Program-made: the position numbers and the translations under genes
Assembly (NCBI RefSeq): GCF_006345805.1
Contig: NC_043005.1
Coordinates: 20,212,001 to 20,276,000 of the forward strand
DNA length: 64,000 nt
Origin: Octopus sinensis
Taxonomy: Eukaryota
Direction of reading: 5' to 3'
The notes under the pieces: model-generated
The model's database searches: none
The model's input: only the letters and a program-made list of their open reading frames with translations
What the model was told of the DNA's origin: nothing
Shown: positions 15,060 to 27,030 of the stretch, in pieces
Position numbering within the stretch: the first letter of the stretch is position 1
How the letters are laid out: the number at the start of each line of letters is the position of its first letter

Positions 15060-16770
15060 AGACCAGCCACTGAAGTTGACAGCATTACACCTGGAGAATA
15101 TAGAGGTAAGAAAGGCAACTGGTCCATCAGGGGTGTTTGCTGTGATGATGAAACTAACTGACAAAGTAGATTACATGCTAATCCCTTGCATAATTAATCA
15201 GAAAAATGCTATATCCAGTCTCCGACAGAGCAGTATCAACTGCTACGAGGATAAAGGAGATTCAGTTTATGGAAGTAAGCACGGCTGCATCCATTTGATT
15301 GAATTGTTTAAAAAGTTACTAAGAGTTATAACATAACTGATCAGAAAGGAAATTGAACTAGATTGTTTTGCACTTTGGATCTGATGAAGGGCAAGGTACT
15401 GTCGACGCCCTCTTTATGAGACAACTGCAGAAGTATTTCTCTTGGAATTAGCCATTACTGCTTAGCATTTAGTGGCCTAGAGAAAGCTTTTGATAGAGTT
15501 TCATGGTCGTGGTTTGATGAATAGCTTGTGATAGTCAGCCAATCCATATGCAGAGACTTAAACAGCAAGGTAAGAGTTAGCAATGAATTCAGTGATTAGT
15601 TTATCATGTAAGCTGATGTACATCAGGGCTCAGTTCTCAGCCCCCTCTGATATAATATGAACCTTTGGCCATAACAAAGGAGTTTTGGGTAATCCTGAAT
15701 GTCAATGATCTAGTTCTCAAAGCTGAAGTGGTGAAAGATTTAAATAAGAAATTCCAAACTTATTTAACCAAAACATAGTTTTAAAGTAACTCAAATCTGC
15801 TTAAAAAAAGAAGACAGGACTCTACTGCCATCTCAAAAGTGATTCTGTCTAATGTGTAGAAAACAAGTAAGTGGGAATTCTATACAATACACACCATGTA
15901 AACTATGAATACACGAGAGGTGTAGGCTGAAAGGGAAGTAAACTTTATAGTTAGCTGAAAAAGTGCATGTGAAGTATGTTCCTTCAGATGCTCAGAAGTA
16001 CCCCTAGAAGTAATTGATAGTTTTTATTACTTAGGTAACTCATTAGCAGCAGAGGCAGATGTTCCAACAGCAGAGTTGCTAGGTTAAGAATGAGACAAAA
16101 AAGTTCAAGATGTTTCATCTACTTACAAAAAAGTGATTTTCAATCAAAGCGGAAGTTAGATTGTATGATGCTTGTGTACAAAGTGTGATGCTGCACAGGC
16201 CTTTGATGCAAAAGATTTGCAACCACCAAAAAGAAATGAAACAAGCATGTGTGAGTTAATATTAACATGCATGAATAGCAGAAAATAAATGGGTTGAGAG
16301 AAAATCTGAGTATAACAGGAGTCACTTGTAGTGTGCAAGAGAAAAGACTCTGCCATATGATGGATGTCAATTATATAAAGTGCCACGTTTTCTGTAGAAG
16401 AGGAAAACTGAAAATAGTAAGGGATGACGTCATAAAGCCTGATCTCAAGAAACTGAACCACATGAAGAAAATGCTAAAGGACTGCAACAAGTGATGAAAT
16501 GCTGTGTAGAGGAAGACACACACACACACACACCCACTCAATCTACAAAAGTATAGAAAAGTATAGTGTAAATGATGATGGTGATGAAAATTAGGATGTT
16601 TAATGTTTACAGTTAGGAAGGGTATTTGGCGTTAGGAAGGGCATCCAGCTGTAGAAACTCTACCAGATCAGATTGGAGCTTGGTGCAGCCATCTGGTTTG
16701 CCAGTCCTCAGTCAAATCGTCCAATCCATGCTAGCATGGAAAGCGGACGTTAAACGATGATGATGATGAT
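15060..16770 (+). mobile_element. Highly degenerate RTE LINE plus a young RTE 3'-end fragment ending in (GAT)n
   Basis: Remnants KATGPSG, LEKAFDRV, VHQGSVLSP, LYDACVQSVMLH; tail ccatgctagcatggaaagcggacgttaaacgatgatgat. Confidence 0.7.
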
Positions 16771-19700
16771 GATAATGATTTAGATCTCTCTAATCCATTT
16801 TCTTCAAAGCAACCTTATCTCTCTCCCATTGCACCACCTATGCAACAAGAACTATCCTAGTTTCAATGCTCCTCAGACCATCATTTTTTCAACTGCTATG
16901 CATCTCTCTTTCACATTCCTCTTGTCACTTTCTCTCCCCTATTACTTCCTCTTTGTCAATTATTATTGATATCCTTGACTTACAATTCTCTCCTACCACA
17001 TTCCCTTTCTCTTCCGTTTATCTACCTTTTATCATCTACCCATTCCTATCACTCTGGTTCTTTTCTGTTATTCTTTCTTCTGTCACCACGCCATCTTTAC
17101 TCTTTCTTTTACTCACCTCTTCATAACCAATGAATCAGTAGAATTATTAGAGCATTTGATCCAAACCTGTAGGTTCTGAGTTCAAATCTCACCAAAATCA
17201 ATCATGCCTTTTATTTTCTGGGTTCAATGAAGCAAAATGCCAGTCTAGAGTACAAAAACTGAATCATTTGGACATAATTTGCCTTTTCCTTGCACAAAAT
17301 TGGTGATATGGAGTGGGGTAAATATACATGTGTGTGTGTGCATGCATGTGTGTGTGTGTGTGTATGTAAATGTGCAGTTATCTCTAACACATTTGTGTTC
17401 ACTCGGACATGCAAAGAACTGTTGCTGTGGAAATAACTTCAGGAAAAAAATTTTCGTCATGGACAATATGCATGTAAACACATCAACTGCAATATGAATG
17501 ACATCATTAGATCATAGGACACTCATGTTTCTATTCAACACCACTGCTTTGTGCAGCTCCAGAAAAGAAGCAGAGTGTTAGTATAGAATAGATATTAAAT
17601 ATCTCCTATCACCCTCTGTCACCTAGAAATCCCATGTGACATCAGTAAATACTGATAATAACAATCCCCCAAACCTTGCCAGGCCAGCATGAATCGATCT
17701 GAGAATGGCCAGATGTCGAGGATGTATGACAGCTTTTGAATATATGTATGCTTATATGCTTACATGAGTGTGTGTGTGTTTATATGCACACACACATATA
17801 TATACATTATAAATATATAGATAGCTAGATAGATAGATACACATATAAATATGTATACATATATACATGTATGTATATATATACATATACATATGTGTGT
17901 GTATATATATATATATATATATACAAGCATACATATTCTTAGTCACACACATATAAATATAGACCTTGCATAAAAAAAAAACAGCATTAAAACATGTTTC
18001 CTTTGAAATTGATTTACAAAAACAACATATTGTGCATATATCAGCAGCAGCAGCAGGATCATTTTATGCATTTTCAGTACAGCATGGATTGGGTGGTTGT
18101 CATGTTTTTAACCAATTTTTATTCAGAATTACTGTCTTCCCAGACAAATCAGAGGACTATGTCTTGTTTGTACAATTCATTTTGGTAGGATTTCTACCAT
18201 TGGATACCTTTTCTAATACCAACTACTTTACATAGTTTACTGGGTAGATATTATCATGTACCCACTATACTCTCTACAAGCACTAGAGATGTTGTCTTTA
18301 ACAAGTCTAACAATACTTCTGCATCTTACATTACCTTCATTTATTTGCCAACTACTTTAATAAGTGGACCAGTTGTTTTTGTTTTTTTTATCATGGCACG
18401 AGCACCAGAGAGGTTGCCATGTCCTCAGTGAATGGACAAAGAGAACATAGACCTAAAAGATCATTTTCAGTTTCTTGATCATATCTTGCTTTTGCTTGTT
18501 TGCCCACCGCTTTACAAGGTGAACTGAATGAGCTTTATGAGTGGCTCCAACATTAAATGAAACTGCTTTGTTCTCTGTAAGACTAAATACTTCTCATTAC
18601 CCTACATTTTCTTCAAAGCTATAACTGGTTAAATGGGCAGCAGGGTACAATGAGCAAAGGACCCAAGTAAATATATATTATACATCCCAGTCCCCAAACT
18701 ATCACAATTTAAATATTCGTTTCCTCATGGGTAGATAATCTCCAACAGTACATATCAATCATCATATAATCTCCTTCATGAGGCTCAATGTCTTGAAAGC
18801 AGTCTTCATCACTTCATCCCATATCTTCTAAGCTTTCCTTCTTCCACATATTCCATCCATTTTGAGCAAACTGCACTTCTTTGTACAGCAGTCATCCTCA
18901 ATATGAATTACATCCCTGTTCCAGCATGGTCTTCTCTCTTGCAAATAACATGTTAGTCTTCTCACATGCAGCTTTTCTCTTTGTTCATTTATACCATCAT
19001 TCATGTACACTAATATTACATATCCAGAGTCTTCACAAATCCACTGCATGTCAAGACCCATATCTTGCTAATGCATCATATTACACAATGTACACAGGCA
19101 TCATACTATTGGCATGTCACTAAGAGAGAGAAATATTTTGATACCAGTAAAGATGATAGCTCTGTAAACTTTTTCCAGCCTATGGTTTTGCTGACTGCTA
19201 TAATTTCAAAGCACCCAGCCCAGCTGTTAATTATTAGTTATTACATTATATACATATATGAGAGAGAGACAGAGATAAACAGACAGAGCTAGAGAGAGAT
19301 AGACACAGATATGGCTGTGTGGTAAGAAGTTTGCTTCCAAACCACATGGATTCAAGCCCATTGTGACACCTTAGGAAATTGTATTTTACTACAGCCTCAG
19401 GTCAACTAAAGCTCTGTGAGTGGATCTGGTCAATGGGAACTGAAAGAAGCCCATTGCATATGTATGTATGTGACTGTCTCCTTGCATTGACATCACGTCA
19501 CAGTTGCAAATGAGTGTCAACATAATGCAAGAGACGTCCTCTGCTTCCAGTATTCTGTCACCAAAAGCATGTCTGGTCATTCCAGACATGCTTTTAGTGA
19601 CAAGAATGGCACCCAACTATAGAAAATCTGCCTCAATATATTTAGTCTGACCCATGCAAGCATGGAAAAGTAGATGTTTAAACAATGATGATGATTATTA

Positions 19701-19840
19701 TATCTTTTATGCATTGTTTAGAATTAGTCCCTCAACACTGCTGGATAACCATTGTTGGCTTGTTTATGTCCCCATGACTTAGTGGTCCAGCAAAAAAGAC
19801 TACAGCATGGCCACATTCCAGTGACTGAAACATGTAAAAG

Positions 19841-19874
<34 letters not shown>

Positions 19875-19883
19875 GTATATATA

Positions 19884-20601
19884 TAGGGTGTTTGGGCTAA
19901 ATTTGACAGTTTTCATGACAGGAGAAAAATATACAATATCCCATCTAAAAATAAAATTAATTTTAAAAAATTAAAAAATATCAACTAGATTATGGTTGGG
20001 TGATAGCAGTTTGTCCAAAGCAGCCATACTCTGCCTCCACCATTGCCCCAAGACAGCTCTGGAACTTGACACATGCATTCCTCACTGTGTTACTGGAAAG
20101 ATCTTCAAACACTTCCTTGATCTTGGCCATCAGCTCAGCTTTGACATTACAGGGAGAGCAGTTGGTGTCTTTCTCAACTGTATCCCACACATAGGATTAC
20201 AATACAGGGAGTCAGGAGGCCAGAAATTGTTGCTGATGAAGTTGTAGAAATTCTCCAGTAGCCACTTCTGATTCTTTCTGGAGATATGGCAAGGAATCAA
20301 ATCCTGCTGCCATGTATGGCCTTCCAGCAGCAACCCTCTCCACCCAACCTGTTAGAGTGTTTACAGAACATTGAGCAGCACTCGTGACATCAGCATTTTG
20401 ATATCCGGCACGAATCATCATGATACGGGTAACTCTTTTTCAATATTCAAATGGCTTCCAGTCCTCCATGTCAGCTAACTTTTTCTCAATTACAACTTTA
20501 ATCTTTTTGCTCTCCAATGCCATTGACTGCTCATCAATACATCAGGCTGTTTCTGGAAAAAGGAGACATTAAAAATCGTCAAATTTATCCCAAACATCCT
20601 G
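19884..20601 (-). mobile_element. Internally deleted Tc1/mariner-superfamily element (maT/DD37D-like)
   Basis: About 30-bp TIRs (c/t)aggrtgtttgggmtaaatttgac flanked by TA; transposase remnant WQQDLIPCHIS...FWPPDSLYCNPM..WDTVEKDTN. Confidence 0.8.
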
Positions 20602-20660
20602 TAAGCATACATACATACACACAGATACAGCAGACAGATATATAAATATATATATATATA

Positions 20661-20888
20661 GTGACGTACATTTGCCATTTAAATATGGTTGACCCCTAAG
20701 GGTGGATGCTACTGTAGTTTGTAGCCCCAAGAGGACACCTCCTCCAGCTGGCCATAAACACAATTTCTGTGCCCTATCACAAAAATTGTGTCGATGGCCA
20801 GCTGGAGGAGGTGTCCTCCTGGGGCTACAAACTACAGTAGCATCCACCCTTAGGGGTTAACCATATTTAAATGGCAAATGTACGTCAC
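20661..20888. mobile_element. Foldback MITE / near-perfect palindrome (arms about 110 bp)
   Basis: gtgacgtacatttgccatttaaatatgg... is the reverse complement of ...ccatatttaaatggcaaatgtacgtcac. Confidence 0.85.
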
Positions 20889-21440
20889 GATGTGTTGTAG
20901 CTACTGTTTATAACTCGCTCTGAGATTTATTATATATAGTTTAATGTAAAAGTTGTACTAGAGTGTATTGAAACATCTTTTACAGCATGAACAGCCCTGA
21001 TATAGGCAACAATCACAACAGACTGTCAACGTTTGATTTAATAAACATACGTGAGTGTGCGTTTATAAATACATGCATCAATGTGTGTGTGTGTGTGTAG
21101 GTAGGTAGACAGATGCAAGCACAGCAATGTGGTTAAGAGGTTTGCTTTGCAACCACTTATTTTTAGGTTCAGTCCCATTGTGTAGCACCTTGAGCAGTTG
21201 TCTTCTACTGAAGCCCTGAGCCGACCATTGGCTTGCTAATGAATTCGATAACTTTGCTATATGAAGATGTTAGCACAAGTACCTGGATTAAAATTACTAT
21301 TGGGGATGATTTATTCAATTATATTCATATAGTCAGTGCCCCAGCATGGCCACAGTAAAATGAATGAAACACGTAAAAATAGAAAGGTTAAAAAGGAATA
21401 GGTGTGAATACACACACAGGTATATATGTATGTATGTATG

Positions 21441-21760
21441 CAAACCTGGGCACCAAACCGTTAATTTTTGATTAACGAAGCTAACATTTTCGTTAATGAT
21501 TTAACTTTTAAGTTAACTTTGGAAATTATTATCGGACTAATTAACTTCCGTTAACTTCAATTGAATTGAAGTTAACGGATTTTAAAGTTTTGGAACTTTT
21601 TAAAGGTGTTTTTAAAGCAAAACCTGATTTTTTTATGATAAAAATTATCGTTAACTTCCGTTACATTTTTAAAGAATTAACTGATTAACGGTTGTCGAAG
21701 TTAACTTTACTGTTAACGGATTAACGAAGTTAAATTTTCGTTTAACGGTGCCCACCTTTG
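21441..21760. mobile_element. hAT-like MITE with many internal GTTAAC/TTAACG motifs
   Basis: Imperfect TIR caaacctgggcacc / ggtgcccacctttg. Confidence 0.6.
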
Positions 21761-21979
21761 TTTGTTTGTGTGTTCGTATGTATGTATGGAGGGATGATTG
21801 GATGCATGCAGCATAACAGCGAGGATCAGAAGGACTGAAACAATTCAAATATTACCATGCCGGACCTGTAGTATAAAGCTTAATTTATGACTGCCAAGCA
21901 AACTGATACAACTCTGGAGCCTTCTCTTTCACTGAGCTAAGGATGACATCGCAACTGAACTGAAGGTATTTCGTGTCTT

Positions 21980-22143
21980 CTCACTACGCTCTGAGTTCAA
22001 ACTCCGCCGAGGTCGACTTTGCCTTTCATCCTTTCGGGGTCGATTAAATAAGTACCAGTTATGCACTGGGGTTGATGTAATCGACTTAATCCCTTTGTTT
22101 GTCCTCTCTGTGTTTAGCCCCTTGTGGATAGTAAAGAAATAGA
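21980..22143 (+). mobile_element. 5'-truncated SINE with Nin/Deu-like core and 13-bp target-site duplication
   Basis: Core gcctttcatcctttcggggtcgattaaataagtaccag; TSD tatttcgtgtctt at 21967-21979 and 22144-22156. Fuller copy at 61575-61798 (-), degenerate copies at 10850-11170 (-). Confidence 0.8.
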
Positions 22144-22989
22144 TATTTCGTGTCTTTTTCGTGGAGCTTGAAACCTGGACGAGTGTTCACGAATGTCTTG
22201 TGTTATGAACGGGTACTTCGCCCTTCAGTTCAGTAACAAATGCGAATTACGAAGAGATGTGGTTAGAGAGCGATGACAAACCTTTTAACAAGAGATGTCT
22301 CAAAGTAAAACCACTGCTCATTACAATAAAGAACGTATGCAGGGGGAGTTACTCTCAGAAGAAAGTTCCTTTACGAAATGCTCCAAACATTCTAAAATTT
22401 CAAGGAAAGCGTTGATGGCTGTCAGAAATTCCGTCCTGTGAGACATTGGTGGCGAAGACCATCAGTTCTGGAACCTAACGCTGTAGGAAAGGGTGTAATT
22501 ACCTTTCTGACTTTATCTAAGGATAAACTGGACCTCAGAAATCCAACGGTGTCATTGGAAACTATCAACTGCTGAGAGAGGTTGAGTGTCTCATAATGAC
22601 ACTAAACAAAAATAGAAAGAATATGATGTCAAATTTACACTGAAAAATAATTTTGTTTCTCGGTACACTTGCGATGAGAAATAGTGAAGTTTGGAATTAT
22701 CCTTTCAAAGATGTGAGTGAACCGGCTTCTTCGTCAGTTAGATAGAGATATTCATATTTGAAGGGGCCACGGGCGAAACAGCTTACGGTCCTTTGTGATT
22801 CGGTTGATTAACTTTGTGCCTCGAAGTAAAAGTAAAATCCCCAACAGAGAACTGGTCGCTGGAGTTGCGTTCAAATTTACAATAAATGTCAGAAATGAAG
22901 AGCAGTTTTAGTAAATTAACAATAAAGGAACTCTGATCATTCCCAATATCAAATATGTTTTGTTTTATAAATAATAAAATAATTCGATT

Positions 22990-23140
22990 CACAAAAGCCG
23001 TTCGATTCACTACAACATTTAAGTTTAATTTGTCAAAATATTTTCGTCGCTTTAAGACCGCGACCTGTTCACTGACAAAAATCCGAAAATATTTTGACAA
23101 ATTAAACTTAAATGTTGAAGTGAATCGAACGGCTTTTGTG
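22990..23140. mobile_element. Foldback MITE / palindrome (arms about 57 bp)
   Basis: cacaaaagccgttcgattcac... / ...gtgaatcgaacggcttttgtg. Confidence 0.8.
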
Positions 23141-23761
23141 TGTTTCTTAAATGGCTTACAAACACCTTCCACGCTGCAATTGTTTTCGTTTCAGCACACG
23201 ATCTCAGATCAAATCACTTGCTATGCAAGTACATCTCCGTAATAAAATAATTGAGAATGATTTATGTGGGACGGAGAAGTCATTTCTATTCCCTTACACT
23301 AGCAACTTAATGGAATGTTTTTCTTCAACCAATTCTCATATGAGTCATAGTAAAAAGACGATCGATCCCTATAAATAATATCCTCTTCGTTATTCACGTA
23401 TATTTCCTTCTAAATTAATATCCAAGTGAAAATATATTAACTTTTTAAATATAAACTTGAACTTTAGGACATCAAAAAAAAGGCACAAATTTTACAGTTT
23501 TCGTTTTCCGGCTGTCATTGCAGAATCTATTTCCTTGCCAGTGAATTATCAGATGGAGAAAAATCCATTTATAAATATTATTTGCCTTTCGTAAATTTGT
23601 TGTAAACAAGTTAAAATAAAACTCTCGACAAATTCAAAATTGCTGGTCTAAGGGAGATAAATCTGCTGCACCAGGATATGAAGTGTTTCACTAAAAAAAA
23701 TTCTTTTTCAAATATATCGTTTCGAAATAGAATGAATTTTCTTAATTGTCATTTTGCAATA

Positions 23762-25812
23762 ATCATCATCGTCGTTTAACGTCCGTTCTCCATGCTAGCA
23801 TGGGTTGGACGGTTCGACCGGGGTTCTGGGAAGCCAGAAGGCTGCACCAGGCTCCAGTCTAATTTGGCAATGTTTCTACAGCTGGATGCCCTTCCTAACG
23901 CCAACCACTCCGTGAGTGTAGTGGGTGCTTTTTACGTGCCACCTGCACAGGTGCCAGGCGGGGCTGGCAACGGCCACGGTCAGATTGGTGTATTTTATGT
24001 GCCACCGGCACGGAAGCCAGTCGAGGCGGTGCTGGCATCGGCCACGAGTCGGATAGTGCTTTTTACGTACCACCAGACCAGGGATCCTGGCTGGTTCAAT
24101 TCGATTTCAATTTCGCTTGCCCCAACATGTCTTCACAAGCAAAGGGGGTTGGCAAGGGTGCCTGTCGTACGGTCGCATTGGAGTATTTTACGTGCCACGG
24201 CCACGAGTCGGATAGTGCTTTTTACGTACCACCAGACCAGGGATCCTGGCTGGTTCAATTCGATTTCGATTTCGCTTGCCCCAACATGTCTTCACAAGCA
24301 AAGGGGGTTGGCAAGGGTGCCTGTCGTACGGTCGCATTGGAGTATTTTACGTGCCACGGCCACGAGTCGGATAGTGCTTTACGTACCACCAGACCAGGGA
24401 TCCTGGCTGGTTCAATTCGATTTCGATTTCGCTTGCCCCAACATGTCTTCACAAGCAAAGGGGGTTGGCATGGGTGCCTGTCGTACGGTCGCATTGGAGT
24501 ATTTTACGTGCCACGGCCCCGAGTCGGATAGTGCTTTTTACGTACCACCAGGCCAGGGATCCTGGCTGGTTCAATTCGGTTTCGATTTCGATTTCGATTT
24601 CGCTTGCCCCAACATGTCTTCGCAAGCATGGGGGGTTGGGATGGGTGTCTGTCGTCGGATGAGGTTCTATATCGACTTCGCTTGCCTCAACCGGTCTTTG
24701 TGTCCAAGGGAGGAAAGGCATTCATAAGTGGGCTGGGCTCACTTGTCCTGCCTGGTCTTCTCACGTACAGAATATTTCCAAAGGTCTCGGTCTCTGGTCA
24801 TTTCCTCAGTGAGGCCTAAAGTTCGAAGGTCGTGCTTCACCACCTCGTCCCAGGTTTTCCTGGGTCTACCTCTTCCACGGGTTCCCTCAACTGCTAGGGA
24901 TTGGCACTTTCTCACACGCCTATCTTCATCCATTCTCGCCACATGACCATACCAGCGCAATCGTCTCTCTTGCACACCACAACTGATGCTTCTTAGGTAC
25001 AACATTTCTCTCAAGGTGCTAACGCTCTGTCGAGTATGTACACTGACATTACACATCCATCGGAGCATACTGGCTTCATTCCTCACGAGCTTACGCATGT
25101 CCTCAGCAGTCACAGCCCATGTTTCGCTGCCATGTAGCATGGCTGTTCGTACACACGCATCATACAGTCTGCCTTTTACTCTGAGCGAGAGGCCTTTAGT
25201 CACCAGCAGAGGTAAGAGCTCCCTAAACTTTGCCCAGGCTATTCTTATTCTAGCAGTTACACTTTCAGCGCACCCACCCCCACTACTGACTTGGTCACCT
25301 AGATAACGGAAGCTATCAACTACTTCTAGTTTTTCCCCCTGGAAAGTGACGGAAGTTGTTTTCTGCAGATTTTCGGAGGTTAATGCTCCCGAGCATCTGC
25401 CACATACAAAAACTATCTTCCCAGTTAGCCTACCTTTGACATTGCTGCACCTCTTATGTGTCCATAGCTTACACTGGGTACATCTTATAGAGTTTCTACC
25501 TACACCTTTTCTACAGATCGAGCAGGGCCATCTTCCTGAAGATATTTGTGGATTGTCTACCTTTCTACTTATTAGTACTTTGGTTTTAGCTAGGTTGACT
25601 CTAAGGCCCCTTGATTCTAAACCCTCCTTCCACACCTGGAACTTCTCCTCCAGTTCTGATAGTGACTCAGCAATAAGAGCAAGGTCGTCAGCGTAGAGGA
25701 GCTCCCAGGGACAGCCTGTCTTGAATTCCTCCGTAATTGCCTGGAGTACTATGATAAATAGGAGGGGGCTGAGTACTGAACCCTGGTGGACCCCAACCTC
25801 TACTTTGAATTC
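23762..25812 (-). mobile_element. Young 5'-truncated RTE-clade LINE: intact RT C-terminal ORF (24739-25812) plus about 1 kb 3' UTR with 159-bp tandem repeats and (GAT)n tail
   Basis: VGVHQGSVLSPLLF, LLYADDL, SFRYLGD, LHGSETWA, RRLRWYGHV, GRGRPRKTW. Confidence 0.93.
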
Positions 25813-26579
25813 TTTACAAAAAAAAAAAAAGAAAAAGAAAACCAATTTGAAGGAACGGAGCAAGTAAAATCCAGTGAACACTTTTCCAAGTTAGAAACTC
25901 GAAAGTTATTTCTCAAAGAAAGCTTCTTCTCTAGCTACTAGAAGGTTACACTGTCGTCAAGGAATTTCAATCGCTTTATATGCACCACATAAACGCAGAG
26001 CAGGCTTTGTACAGGTTCCATCTGAATATCAGCTCTTTATGCACAAAACCGTAACTGAATCGTTAATGTTGTTTCCTTTAATACACAAATAGTGGAGATG
26101 CAGGTGGAATGTGATCCAAAATACTTTAACGTTCTTAGGTAAACTGGCAGCAAAAGTTACGGCATTCTGTGTAAAATGTAATTTAAAAGGAGTGGTGAAA
26201 AACCGGCAATTTACCTCGAACTACTACGGATTTTGAATTTTTATTCGCATTCATATAGGCGCAGGAATGGCTGTGTGGTAAGTAGCTTGCTTACCAGCCA
26301 CATGATTCCGGATTCAGTCCCACTGCATGGCACCTTGGGCAAGTGTCTTCTAGTATAGCCTCGGGTCAACCAAAGCCTCGAGTGGATTTGGTAGACGGAA
26401 ACTGAAAGAAGCCTGTCGTATATATATATTTGTGTGTGCCTTTGTTTATCCCCCCACACACACACATTACTTGACAACCGATGCTTGTGTTTACGTCCCT
26501 CTATTTCCTCCACTAAAGGCGGTACTCTAGCATGGCCGCAGTCAAATGGCTGAAACAAGCAAAAGAGTACCCATAGTAA

Positions 26580-27030
26580 CCTGAGCATCTGCCACATACA
26601 AAAACTATCTTCCCAGTTAGCCTTCCTTTGATATTGCTGCACCTCTTATGTGTCCATAGCTTATACTGGGTACATCTACCTACGCCTTTTCTACAGATCA
26701 AGCAGGGCCATCAACCTGAAGGGATTTGGGGTTTGCCTGCCTTCCTACTTATTAGGACTTTGGTTTTAGCTAGGCTGACCCTAAGGCCCTTTGATTCTAA
26801 TCCTTGCTTCCACACCCGAAACTTCTCTAGCGCTGATAGTGACTCAGCAATTAGAGCAAGGTCGTCAGCATAGACGAGCTCCCAAGGGCATCCTGTCTTG
26901 AATTCCTCTGTTATTGCCTGGGGGACTATGATAAATAGGAGGGAGCTAAGGACTGAACCTTGGTGGATCCCTACCTCCAACCGGAATTCTTCACTGTACT
27001 AGTTGCAAACCATCACCTTACTGCACAGCT
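26580..27030 (-). mobile_element. RTE LINE RT fragment
   Basis: GIHQGSVLSSLLF, LVYADDL; same family as 24739-25812. Confidence 0.88.

Noticed and set aside
22783-23242. Overlapping ORFs with the same peptide on both strands
   Set aside because: Artefact of the palindrome at 22990-23140.
23792-24727. 311-aa + strand ORF with internal repeats
   Set aside because: Antisense reading of the GC-rich, tandemly repeated RTE 3' UTR.
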